Of a stretch of 64,000 nucleotides of DNA, positions 10,160 through 21,000 are shown one piece after another (within the stretch, counting starts at the first letter, position 1; each line of letters starts with the position of its first letter). The notes beneath the pieces were generated by a model, which saw nothing but the letters and a program-made list of their open reading frames with translations, did not search any database and was not told where the DNA came from. Made by a program: the position numbers and the translations under genes. Source of the DNA: Sedimentisphaerales bacterium (GTDB lineage: Bacteria > Planctomycetota > Phycisphaerae > Sedimentisphaerales > SM23-30); assembly GCA_963666285.1 (NCBI GenBank), contig OY762711.1; one strand, given 5' to 3'.

Positions 10160-10457
10160 GATATGGCCTCCGCAATTATATTTCTATATCGATATGATAT
10201 TTGAGTACCGTCATATAAGACATTTTACATTTAGTAAAACGCTAAAAATTCAGATAGAATTTCATTGATTCTATAAAATTATATCATATCTAAGAAATAA
10301 AGTCAATTTTAGCTATATTTACATTTTTTTGTAAGTTCATATATAGAACAATTTTACAGACTGCTTGTTTAGCAGTTACACATAGGTAATGCTGAAACAA
10401 TTTTAAGTTTGATATCCTACTAATAATGTCGGCAAATGGGGTAGGGAGTTTACTTGT

Positions 10458-11141
10458 TTATTGGAATTTACCATCGATTAAAGATATAACCCGGTGTGCC
10501 TGCTGAGCTATATTCAGGTCATGAGTTACCATTACAATGGTCTGTCCATTTTTGTTGAGGTTGTGCAGGATGTCAAGAATGGCCGCACCAGATTTGCTGT
10601 CAAGGTTTCCAGTAGGTTCATCCGCCAGCAGCAATCTGGGATTATTGGCAAGAGAACGGGCTAAAGCTATACGCTGACGTTCTCCTCCTGACATTGTAGT
10701 TACTTTTTGTTTGGCATGTCCACTTAGTCCGACTAACTCAATAAGTTCGCTAGCTCGTTTGATTGCCTTAGGTTTTTCAATAGTCCATCGCCAGGCCGGG
10801 CATTTTATCATTATCGGAAGCATAATATTTTCCAAAGCATTCAGCTCCGGCAGTAAATGATAGAACTGAAAGACAAATCCTGTTTCCTGGTTCCGAATTT
10901 TATCTTTTGCCCGGTTATTTATCCTGGCGGTATCTTTGCCATTTATGATTACCTGCCCGCTGTCGGGAGAGTCCAGAAGTCCCAGGATGTGGAGTAAAGT
11001 ACTTTTTCCTGAGCCACTAGCACCCATAATAGCAACAAATTCACCCGGTTCAGCATTTAGATCCAAGTCTATCAGAACAGGGTGCTTAGTAGTTCCTTCT
11101 TTGAAACTTTTGTTAATTTTTGTTGCTTTCAGCATTATCAA
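10458..11141 (-). CDS. ABC transporter ATP-binding protein (LolD/MacB-like), no adjacent permease
   Basis: GASGSGKST, GFVFQFYHLL, MSGGERQR, LLADEPTGNLD, VTHD. Confidence 0.92.
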   Translation of the reverse strand: MIMLKATKINKSFKEGTTKHPVLIDLDLNAEPGEFVAIMGASGSGKSTLLHILGLLDSPDSGQVIINGKDTARINNRAKDKIRNQETGFVFQFYHLLPELNALENIMLPIMIKCPAWRWTIEKPKAIKRASELIELVGLSGHAKQKVTTMSGGERQRIALARSLANNPRLLLADEPTGNLDSKSGAAILDILHNLNKNGQTIVMVTHDLNIAQQAHRVISLIDGKFQ

Positions 11142-11165
11142 TATTTGGGAGAATAAATAAGACTA

Positions 11166-13367
11166 TTAGAGCCATACATCCAGAGCAATTAGCCTGAGCA
11201 GCGAATCTTTACTCCACTTAAACAGGGTTGATTTGCCACAGTCAATATTAACTTTACCGGACATATATGCAATCGCAGATTCATTAAGCTGGCCTGGCTC
11301 GATATCTATGGTAACCTCATATACTACTTCCATTGGTTTAATTTGCCCAATTGAAGAGTCATATTCTGAAAGTACTTCACCACCGACTTTGTTACTTAGG
11401 GCAAGTCTTTCACCATATTGGCCAAAATCCTGTTCGCTATGAACGGAAACAGATTTAACTTTTCCTTTAAATTTATCATCTAAAAAGCCATACAGCATCA
11501 TTTCAGCCTCTGGCTGAAGCCCTTCTTTTAATCCATTTATCCTAGAGAGTGTTTCTTCAGGGACCAGTACCTTGGCTTGCAGGGTCCTGGTATCAGCAAC
11601 CATCATGATGGGAGTGCCCTGGGGCACATAAGCGCCGCGAATTTTATCAATATCCTGATCCAGGGATAAAATTTGACCTTCGAAAGGAGTTTGAATTTTG
11701 AACTTTTCTATTAGCTCATTCTGACTGGCAAGTTGTTTATTTAAAGATACAAGTCTTCTATCCAGCTGGTTAACCAATTCAGCAGCGTTTTTCAGCTTTG
11801 CAATTTCTCTTTCGATTCTGGTTTTCTCAATATTTGCTTTAATAATTTTAACGTCATTTATAATTTCCGGGTTATTTAGTTCCGCAACCAGCGATTTATT
11901 TTTGAGCCATTTACCCTGGGCAATATTTTGGTCCAGAGCGATTATGCCGGACACTTCAGCTCTTATCATTTTGATATTGGTTGGTTCCAGGATAAAATTC
12001 AAAGTAACCTGCTGTTGGAAGGGAATAAACATAACCATTCCTGTCACAGCAAATACGATAGCCAGTAAAGTCAACAGCCTGGTGTTTGTAATACCCAAAG
12101 CTTCTCTTCTTCTAATAACCATATTTCCACCTTTAAAAACCGGCAATAAAACCATGCTTAAAACAGAGAATATCATCAGTGTTTTACCCAGCAGTTCCAG
12201 TTTGACAGAAGCAAACATTTTATACAGCATAAATGTAATTGAATAAGTAAGGAAAAGCCTGTAGCAAAATGAAAAAACAGCATACATAGGAAATAGCATT
12301 TTATACCTATGTTCTTCGGGAGATTCAGTCGGGTTGCCACCAAAAATATATTTAACCCAAAGATTGGTAATTGCATTGGAAGCTCTCTGCCGTAAGTTAG
12401 GAATTTCCATTATATCCATAACAATATAGTAACCGTCAAATTTCATAAGCGGGTTTGCATTCATCATGACAGTTGTAATTGAGCATGTCAGGATAATATT
12501 GAAACACAACGCATGCAGAAACTGAGGTCGGTCGGTTATATACCAGATAATAGTCGCAACAGCGGCGATGAATAATTCTACAAGGATGCCGGCAGCAGTA
12601 GCCATAACTCTGTGCAGTTTATTACGGAAAATCCATGAATCTGTGATATTGCAATAAAGCATTGGCATAAAGACAAGAATCAGAAATCCGATCTCATGAA
12701 CTTCACCGCCATAATGTTTACATGTGAAGCCGTGCCCAAATTCGTGTATAACTTTGGTAATCCAGAAAGCAGCAAATAACAAAGATGCATTCCAAATAGT
12801 AAAGAAATCATCATTAAACATGTTGGCAAAGTCATTCCACCTGTCAACAATAAGAGTTCCCGCTAAAATGAGAATTAAAAGGTAAAATATTAAGAAGGCA
12901 GGAGTCCATATAAAGCTTAATTTGTCAACTATTTTACCTATATGTTTGTCAGGGTCGTAAATCGGTATTTTCAGGTACAGAAAACTTGCGAATTTACCAA
13001 TAAGTTTCTTTTTGCGAATTTTTTTAGCTGAGTTATACAGCAATTCATCTCTGTCCGGATGATTTATGACCAAAATATTCTTAGCCAAGAGAGATCTGAT
13101 AAATTCGGCTATTTCTCTTCCGTCTAAATTCTGGCTGTTAAACTGTTTCTGATGCTTTTCGATCAGCTCACCAAGAGTTATATTATTGGAAAGCTGCTCG
13201 ATAAGAAAATGCTCTTCCCTGTTAAACCTGTAATATCTAAGGCTCATAGGGTCTTTATAAACCCAATAAGGCTGTCCATCATAAATTTGCTGATAGACTT
13301 TCATTTCAGGCCTGATGCGAGGCAGCATTTGAGCATCAGACAGCACTTTTTCATTTAATTCTGACAT
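11166..13367 (-). CDS. PqqD-like N-domain / M50 (site-2) metalloprotease / HlyD adaptor fusion
   Basis: YWVYKDPMSLRYYRF N-domain, TM region with HEFGH and NANPLMKFDGYY, C-terminal coiled coil and barrel-sandwich. Confidence 0.85.
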   Translation of the reverse strand: MSELNEKVLSDAQMLPRIRPEMKVYQQIYDGQPYWVYKDPMSLRYYRFNREEHFLIEQLSNNITLGELIEKHQKQFNSQNLDGREIAEFIRSLLAKNILVINHPDRDELLYNSAKKIRKKKLIGKFASFLYLKIPIYDPDKHIGKIVDKLSFIWTPAFLIFYLLILILAGTLIVDRWNDFANMFNDDFFTIWNASLLFAAFWITKVIHEFGHGFTCKHYGGEVHEIGFLILVFMPMLYCNITDSWIFRNKLHRVMATAAGILVELFIAAVATIIWYITDRPQFLHALCFNIILTCSITTVMMNANPLMKFDGYYIVMDIMEIPNLRQRASNAITNLWVKYIFGGNPTESPEEHRYKMLFPMYAVFSFCYRLFLTYSITFMLYKMFASVKLELLGKTLMIFSVLSMVLLPVFKGGNMVIRRREALGITNTRLLTLLAIVFAVTGMVMFIPFQQQVTLNFILEPTNIKMIRAEVSGIIALDQNIAQGKWLKNKSLVAELNNPEIINDVKIIKANIEKTRIEREIAKLKNAAELVNQLDRRLVSLNKQLASQNELIEKFKIQTPFEGQILSLDQDIDKIRGAYVPQGTPIMMVADTRTLQAKVLVPEETLSRINGLKEGLQPEAEMMLYGFLDDKFKGKVKSVSVHSEQDFGQYGERLALSNKVGGEVLSEYDSSIGQIKPMEVVYEVTIDIEPGQLNESAIAYMSGKVNIDCGKSTLFKWSKDSLLRLIALDVWL

Positions 13368-13434
13368 ATTTATTACTTATTTTCTGTGCCTGTAAATTCA
13401 ATGTATAGGCATTTTGAAAATTAAAAAACAAAAT

Positions 13435-14394
13435 TTAGAGAAGTTCTACTCTTACTCTCATACCTGGTCTATAGGTGAAAGGATATTTGTTATCCTGGTC
13501 ATCTTTAATTGTCGGATTGTCCATCTGAACTTCAATATAAAATTCGTCAATCGCTTCGATAATAGTAGGTTCAATATAAACAACAGTTGCGCGTTCTGAT
13601 TTGGTAAACCCTTGAACGTAAACAAGTGCCTTCTGACCAAGTTTAATATTTTCAAGAGACGATCTTGGCTGTTTAAATCTTACCCTGAGTTTATCAACTT
13701 CCATCATTGCTATTGCAGGGCTGGTAGCCTGAACAACCTCTCCCTTTCGAATTTGTTTAAGTGTATAGTTTTCCATACTTTTAACACTGGAGAATGGAAC
13801 GATTACACCATCAACCGGGGCAAAAATAGTATAGAATTCCAATGTTTTCTGTAGATTGGCCAACTGATTTTTAAGCAGTCTCATTTCAAGCTCGGCTTTT
13901 TTGACAGCTTCCCTGGCAAGGTCTCTTTGCTGGATAGCTTCTTTTTTTTCCTTGGCAGATCCAACTTTTGAACCACCGATGGTCTGATTAAACAAATCTT
14001 CAACGATTTTCAGGTTATCTTCGGAAAACTCAAGCTTGATCTTTGCTTCATTCATGGTAGTGCTGAGTTCAATTTTGTCTTTGAGCGATTGAATCTCTAG
14101 TTTCACCAGGTCACTATCTAGTTTAATAAGAGGCTGGTTTTTACTGACATAATCTTGCGGCAGGGCAGAAATTTCAGCTACAAGTCCGTTAACCATCGTG
14201 CTAAGAATAATTATCTGTTCTGCCTGGAAGAAATATGGATAACTTTCTTCGTAACTGGTATCAGAGTTTTCCATACCCAGATCGGCAAAAACTATGTCGC
14301 TGGAAGAAGAGTTTTGCGCAAAGCAGCAATTTCCAACTAATAGAGAAAATATTACAATCAAACTGCATAGAGTTTTTAAATATCTTAGAGACAT
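13435..14394 (-). CDS. HlyD-family periplasmic adaptor subunit
   Basis: Signal peptide, lipoyl halves (VNGLVAEI; IFAPVDGVI) around a coiled coil, RPGMRVRVEL end; start at ATG 14394 by RBS. Confidence 0.85.
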   Translation of the reverse strand: MSLRYLKTLCSLIVIFSLLVGNCCFAQNSSSSDIVFADLGMENSDTSYEESYPYFFQAEQIIILSTMVNGLVAEISALPQDYVSKNQPLIKLDSDLVKLEIQSLKDKIELSTTMNEAKIKLEFSEDNLKIVEDLFNQTIGGSKVGSAKEKKEAIQQRDLAREAVKKAELEMRLLKNQLANLQKTLEFYTIFAPVDGVIVPFSSVKSMENYTLKQIRKGEVVQATSPAIAMMEVDKLRVRFKQPRSSLENIKLGQKALVYVQGFTKSERATVVYIEPTIIEAIDEFYIEVQMDNPTIKDDQDNKYPFTYRPGMRVRVELL

Positions 14395-14509
14395 TGTAAA
14401 AAAATTCCTTTCGATAATGTTTATATCCAAATTTGTCAGAAGAATAGCCTGGTAATATAACTATTCTATTGACTAGTTAATGTTTATGGTCAATAAAAAA
14501 TAAAATTTG

Positions 14510-16495
14510 TTAGAAGGTGTTGACTCTAATGAAGTCAGTAAATTCGTGAGTTAGCAGGTAAAAGATACTCTTTTTACCGCATTCTATAGCAACTTTACCT
14601 TCCATTCCCTGTCGAAGCTCCATTTGGCTGAGCTCTTCGGGCATGGCGACAGTAACACTGATAACATTTCGATATTTCTGCTGGCCGGTAGTTTCAACAT
14701 GTGCTCGTGAAGATAGATTGACCACTTCAGTATCGAAAATTTTATCCGGATAAGCATCCATGATTACTTTAGCCTTCAGGGTTTCACCTTCTTTAAGTTC
14801 ATGCCAGGAATCCAGTAGGCTGCCGGCTTCATCTTCTGGCACATTAACCTGAAATTGCCATATTGGCGTTGTAGGTATAACTTCCAGGACCAGGTCACCA
14901 GCTTTTAGAGGTTTATTAGTAAGTTCCCTGATTTCAGTCTCTCGAGTGGTAATTATTCCACTAAATGGAGCTTTTATTTCATGGTTTTCTAGTATGAACT
15001 CATATTTAGCCTTTTCAGCTTTCATGCCTGCAATCGATAATTCAAGCCTTTTTGCATCTTCACCAAGACCTTTGCTTAGCGCCTGTCTGCGGGCAATGTT
15101 GCTTTCATCAATAGAATTCGCGATTCTTGTTAGTTCTGTTTCTGTGATACGGGTATCAAATCGAGCTAATACTTCTCCGGCTTTGACCATGCGGTCTTCC
15201 GGAATATTTACGGAATCGATAATGCCATCTGTCAAAGCGTAAATATTACGAGCACCTTTGGCTATAAGTTCTGAATTTCCAGTAACTTTTACATTTTTTT
15301 GTATAACATGCGGAAGGGTTACTATAGCTAGTAGTACTATAGCCCATGTGAGTTTTTTATATTTACTTGATCTAAAAGTTTTGTCTCTGAGTGAGGCAAG
15401 CAGTTTCATACAAGCCAGAAGAGGCAACTCATTGTATTTCTGGCAGTTTTTTATAGCGATACCGGCTTCAGCCATAAGCCCTTCAATTTGTTGAAGCTGG
15501 TTATTGCTAAAATCTTCTTCCAGAGCTTTTTCTACAATTAGAGCTCCAACGATATGTCCTTCTGGTGCTTTTATTGGAAAGATGCCTAGCATTACAGAAT
15601 CTACCTGGAGCATATAGAGCCTGGTAGCGGTAATAAGTTCATTATCATCGGTTGTCTCAGCTTTTTTAGCGGCATGGGGATTATCGACAATGAGAGGTTT
15701 ACCATTTTTGCATACTTCTTTGCTTATAGTTTCAAGATCTTTAAGCATAGCGCTTTTAACGGCAACCGATTCCAGGCCGCTGACAGCCTGTACGCGAAAC
15801 TTGCCATTAGAACTGTAAGTTCCTGCAGTACAACGATATACCTCTAGCAGCTCCTGCGAATAGTTTGCAATCGCATAGCCGCATCGCTTAGGATCAAGAC
15901 TGCTGTGCAGAGCACTGACATAATGCCTGAGTCTGTCGGTTTTACTGGTATATTTCTTTTGCGAACGAAGTTCTTCAGCGAGTATAAATTGTCCGGCTTT
16001 TTGACAAAGTCCGGCCACAAAACCAGCGTAACCTCTTACTGCACGAGGATCCACGCCTTCAGGAGAAATCAAAACCAAAATAGCGGCTACATCGCCGGAA
16101 ACCTTAACCGGGACAAATAACAGGGTATGCGGCGAGTTGTTTATTGCCTGCTGGCCGAGTCCTCCGTCATAGAGGTCAGAAGCGCCATGTGCCGGGAGAA
16201 CAATGGTACCACCAGATTCCTTAACTTTTTTTATCGCCATTTCAGCAAGTTTGAATTGGTTTCCGTTTGGTTCTAAACCTGCAATGGACTGGTTAATATG
16301 GCAAACACAAATTAACTGGTCAGTGTTTACTTTCCATACAGAACCGCCGCTGCCAAGAACAGAGACAATCTGTTCCAAAAATGTCCTGAAATATTCAACA
16401 AAGCTGAGTTCGGATTCGCTTATTAGAGCTATTTCCTGGTCTAAAATGGCCAGCCTGTCTTGAAAAGAATTGACCTGCTGCTGTGCTGTGTTCAT
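14510..16495 (-). CDS. GAF-like domains plus HlyD adaptor fusion
   Basis: N-terminal GAF-like region (VQAVSGLESV), single TM helix, IKAPFSGII, LRQGMEGKVAIECGK. Confidence 0.82.
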   Translation of the reverse strand: MNTAQQQVNSFQDRLAILDQEIALISESELSFVEYFRTFLEQIVSVLGSGGSVWKVNTDQLICVCHINQSIAGLEPNGNQFKLAEMAIKKVKESGGTIVLPAHGASDLYDGGLGQQAINNSPHTLLFVPVKVSGDVAAILVLISPEGVDPRAVRGYAGFVAGLCQKAGQFILAEELRSQKKYTSKTDRLRHYVSALHSSLDPKRCGYAIANYSQELLEVYRCTAGTYSSNGKFRVQAVSGLESVAVKSAMLKDLETISKEVCKNGKPLIVDNPHAAKKAETTDDNELITATRLYMLQVDSVMLGIFPIKAPEGHIVGALIVEKALEEDFSNNQLQQIEGLMAEAGIAIKNCQKYNELPLLACMKLLASLRDKTFRSSKYKKLTWAIVLLAIVTLPHVIQKNVKVTGNSELIAKGARNIYALTDGIIDSVNIPEDRMVKAGEVLARFDTRITETELTRIANSIDESNIARRQALSKGLGEDAKRLELSIAGMKAEKAKYEFILENHEIKAPFSGIITTRETEIRELTNKPLKAGDLVLEVIPTTPIWQFQVNVPEDEAGSLLDSWHELKEGETLKAKVIMDAYPDKIFDTEVVNLSSRAHVETTGQQKYRNVISVTVAMPEELSQMELRQGMEGKVAIECGKKSIFYLLTHEFTDFIRVNTF

Positions 16496-16853
16496 CTGGT
16501 TCTCCGTAAAAAGCGTTATAAGTGATTTTGTATAAATTACTTATATAGGCCAATCCCTGGCATTATAAGCAAGCGGCGGTCATTTGACTATAAAACAGTC
16601 CAATGACAGATTGACATCATACTCGATTGACATGGTAATGCCAAATCAAAAGCAAAATAGAGCACCACTCAAATCATCATAACTAATAATATTGGTACGA
16701 ACAGTATTTTAATGAAAAATCAATCATGGACAACCAAAAATCCAAATTAAAAGGTATCATGTGAAATATAATTTGTGACACAGCGATAAATTAAAAAGAT
16801 TTTAATGTTTGGACTATTTTGTAAGAATAGGTAACTTTTTTTGAAAATTATGG

Positions 16854-16881
16854 TTGACGTATCAGTACAATTTAGTATAAA
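16854..16881 (+). promoter_or_regulatory. sigma70-type promoter about 1.18 kb upstream of the giant protein gene
   Basis: TTGACG-N16-TATAAA with AT-rich upstream tract. Confidence 0.65.
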
Positions 16882-16887
16882 TAATAC

Positions 16888-18000
16888 CGAGGAAGAGAGT
16901 TTGAGAGTTTAGTGGAAGAGTTTGTCATCATGGCGTTTAGGGTTTTTTGCTATGGAAAAGTAAAACCCTGATGCTGAAAAACCGGTAATTGGCAACGACA
17001 TTCCGTTTTAGTCGGAGATTGCCTTTTGTGACAGACTATCCAAAAGTTGGAAAGTGTATATTGTGATCGCAGCACAGGAAGCGAGCGGCGAATATTATTA
17101 ACAGTATTATTAGCTGGAATTTAATACATGTTCCTGTTAATAATCAGGAGTGACATTACGAGTGTAACTTTGTCCAGAGTGATCAAAGTTACGAAAGGCG
17201 CAATATGGGCAGAGAAAATTTTTCTACTGGCGGTGAAAACTGTTTCATTGTCTTCCAGATGGGATAGCTGTTCTGAGCAAAAAAGCTGATATCAGTATTG
17301 AAAATCACTGTTGATGCATAACGCCAATCAAGTGTTTAATCGCTATTGGTTTATGCGTTTTTTGTCATATATAAGTTTTTTAAAAAAATAATGACAAAAA
17401 ACTGAAGTTGTTATGCCTAATGTAGTGATAATACTGAACAAGAAACTGTGTATAGTGCGCATGGACTATGCATAATGTTCTTTTAAAATTGAATATGAGA
17501 AAAAAGATTTAATTTTGGTTTGGGCTTACGTGTTAGATGTCGGCATGAATTTCGATTAAAGAAATGCAGATAAAAACCGCATTATTGAATATGTTATCGA
17601 GCACGTAGTACCAAAATCAAAATAATATGATACTCTTTCTACAAGCTGCAAATAGGCGAGTATGCTGATTTAGGTCTGGTTATCGAATTAAGTTTTATTT
17701 AATAAGATAAAACAGAAGTTATTGGAGCATCAGACTAAATTGTAATGTATACCGGCAGGAGTGCAGGCCTTGGCCTGTAATGGATGGAACCTGAAATTCA
17801 GGGCAAGTATAATGCGAGAAATTCGCAGAGCTGGTATAAGCGGTTAGACGGGCTAACGCCCGGGCTCCTGTTATTATGAGCCAATTGCAGATGAAATATA
17901 TACGTTATTATTCAGAAATTATGGAATCTAGAGAAACAAATTTATTCGAATGAGCCTTAGTGCGTTGCTGAGGTACAAAATTACGAAACACTCTCTTAAA
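16888..18000 (+). ncRNA. Candidate large structured RNA or very long 5' leader
   Basis: No ORF of 60 aa or more; at least 10 nested inverted repeats with G-U-compatible mismatches; 5' AAGAGAGT (16893-16900) complements ACTCTCTT (17990-17997). Confidence 0.6.
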
Positions 18001-18058
18001 ATTAAATGCACAAAAACGATTATAAAAGTTTGTCGCTTTTTATAAAGGAGATTAAATT

Positions 18059-21000
18059 ATGGCTAATGGGCTAAGTAAACTTATTAAAAGAGCAAGGAAA
18101 GCCAACGAGAGCAATATTCTCGCAAAGCTTGCTCGCAACAGATTTAGAGTTGAAGAACTCGAAGATCGTATCGCTCCCGCGGCTGGTGCAATTACAAATA
18201 CTGGCGCAGCACTTTCAAATGGTAATTTAACTTATACGCTTGGAAGTGGAGACGATGTGACCCTTGATCTTGGTACAGATCAATATACTATCACTACGTC
18301 AGGCGGTTACACCGGCGAAGGCGTCTCAATTACTTTTGATGCTGTTAGTGGTAGTGCAACAAAAATTACAGAAATTGATTTTGGTAGTTCTGTAGCTCTT
18401 GATGCTGCTACTACTCTGACAATTACAAGTAACAATGGTGCCGTCACAAATACTCTGACCGTTGACTCAGTTGTTGATACAAATGATAATACTGGAACAG
18501 CTAGTATTGTATTTACCAACAACGCTATTATGTCAGCGTTGTCAGTTGGTACTGTGACATTGAGCAATACAGGAATTGCAAACTGGGAATCTGGAGCAGT
18601 AACAGGAATTACAACTGAGACAGTTTCGGGTTCTATGACTGTTGGTGCAGTAGGTGCAACCGGTATAACAGCTAGTTCATCTTTTGCTGGTTCACTGACA
18701 GTTACCGGTTCTCTGGCCGGCCCTGTAACTTCAGCTAATGGCATAGGAGCGGTTACATTAGAGGCAGGAAGTACAGCTGCTGGTGCCATCACTGCAACAT
18801 CTGGTGCTATCACATCTATTACTATTGGTAACGGCGCAGGTGCGAATGATATTACTGTTGCCGGCGATATCGAAGCTGCAGGTTCTATTGGTGCTATAAA
18901 TGGTACAACAGGTGAAGGTACTATTGCAATTTCTGGTGCTATAACAGCAGGTACAAACCTTGCTGCAATTGGTGACTCAAATGATTATATCGATGGTATT
19001 ACAGGTGCTATTACAGCTCAGACTATTGCGGGAATCAATATGTCCGGTAATCTGACTGGCGGTGTAACAGCCAGCGGTGGTGCCGGTACTATTGGTAGCA
19101 TCGATATTGGTTCTGGTACTCTTGGTACTGTCAGTGCTACAGGTACAACAGGTAGTATTGGTGATATCACAGCGGCTGCTATCACTGGTGGTATTACAGC
19201 TACAGATTCAGATACTGGTGGAACTGATAATGCAATTGGTGCAATCATAACTTCAGGTGCAGTTTCTGGAAATATCAGTGGTTACTCAATCGATGATCTG
19301 GCTATTACAGGCGCACTTTCCGGTACAATTACAGTAGTAAATGGTTTTGACGATAATAACGGCCTGGCGATTGGCAGTGTTTCATCTACAGGTGGAATAG
19401 TTGTTACTACAGGTGACCTTGATGGTAGTGATGATATTGCGGTCAGTGGTGACATGGCAGGATCAATAACAGCTACTGCAGGTGCGATTGCTGCTGATGT
19501 TACTATCACAGGTGCTCTAACAGGTAAGATCGAAGCTACCGCGGGCAGTATTAGCGGAGCAATTACAGCCAAGAGCATTTCCGGTGGTACAGAAACAACA
19601 CCTAATATCAAAGCTAATACTTCTGTTGGCAATATCATAGTTACTGATGGCGATTTCGGCGGTTATGCTGTTTCCAGTACTACTATGGGTAACATTGATG
19701 TACGTGATGGTAACCTGTCAGCTACAGTTGTCTCAGGCAGTACAATTGGCACCATTGATGTTACAGATGATGTCGAAAACAATGGCACAACAGAAACTAC
19801 TGATGATGGTAACATCTCTGGTACTATTACCGCAACCGGAACAATTGGCGAGATTGTTATAGAAGATACACTTAGTGGTACAATTACTGCTTCAGGTTAT
19901 TCAGGAGCCATTTCTACAGGTGCTGATGAAGCTGTAGACGATCCATCGGCACTGCCGTCCGGCGGTATTTCAAGTACTGGTAGTATCACAGCAACAACAG
20001 GTAACTTTGCAGAATTGATCAGAATTTATGATGGTGGTATGGCTGGTACTATTACAGCTACTGACGGTGATATTCTTGGCGGTATTCAGATATTAGACAC
20101 AGTTACATCAAGTACAACTAATGGTGTAGATAATGACGCTGTTCTTTCTGGTACTGTTTCAGCCGGTGATGAAATTAAAACAGGTGCAATTACAATATCT
20201 GATGGTATTTCTTCAACCGGTCAGATTTCAGCTACAACAGACTTGGCATCTGATATTACTGTAACAGAAGGCGGCATGGCCGGTACAATTACTTCTGCTA
20301 CACTGGTTTCTGGTGATATTACTATCTCAGACGGCGGAATGTCAGGTACTATTTCAGCTACCGGAACTTCAGCTGACATCTCAGGTCAGATTCAGATACT
20401 GGATAGCGACGCTGATGATGACGGAACCTTCTCTGGAACCATTTCTGCCCTTGGTACGATCAGTGGTGCCGGTATTAGCGTATCAGATGGTATTACCTCA
20501 ACCGGTGCTGTATCTGCAGTTGATGATATTTCAGCTACAGTTACAGTAACTGACGGCGGTATGGCCGGTACTATTTCAGCTACTACCCTGATTTCTGGTG
20601 AATTGATTGTGACAGACGGCGGTATGAGCGGTACCCTAACATCAGCATCACTTGCCGGTTGTGATATAACAATTGGTGATGGCGCGACAGCTGCTGACGA
20701 TACAGATGATACTCTTAGCGGTACAATTCAGGCTACCAGCAGCAATGGTGTTAATGTTATAGATTCTCCTATCAAGATTGATGGCGGTATTACCGCAGAT
20801 GGTAAGATTATTTCTGGTGATAACATCTCAAGTGCAATCACAATTGGTACAGGCAGCACAACAGCTGATATGGCCGGTAAGATTGAAGCCAGCGGTGATG
20901 TTACCAGTGCTATAGTAATTGATGACGATTTGTCTGGTACAATCCAGGCTCTTACCGGTGCTTTTGGTACTGGCGATAATGCATTCTTAACAGTTGGCGG

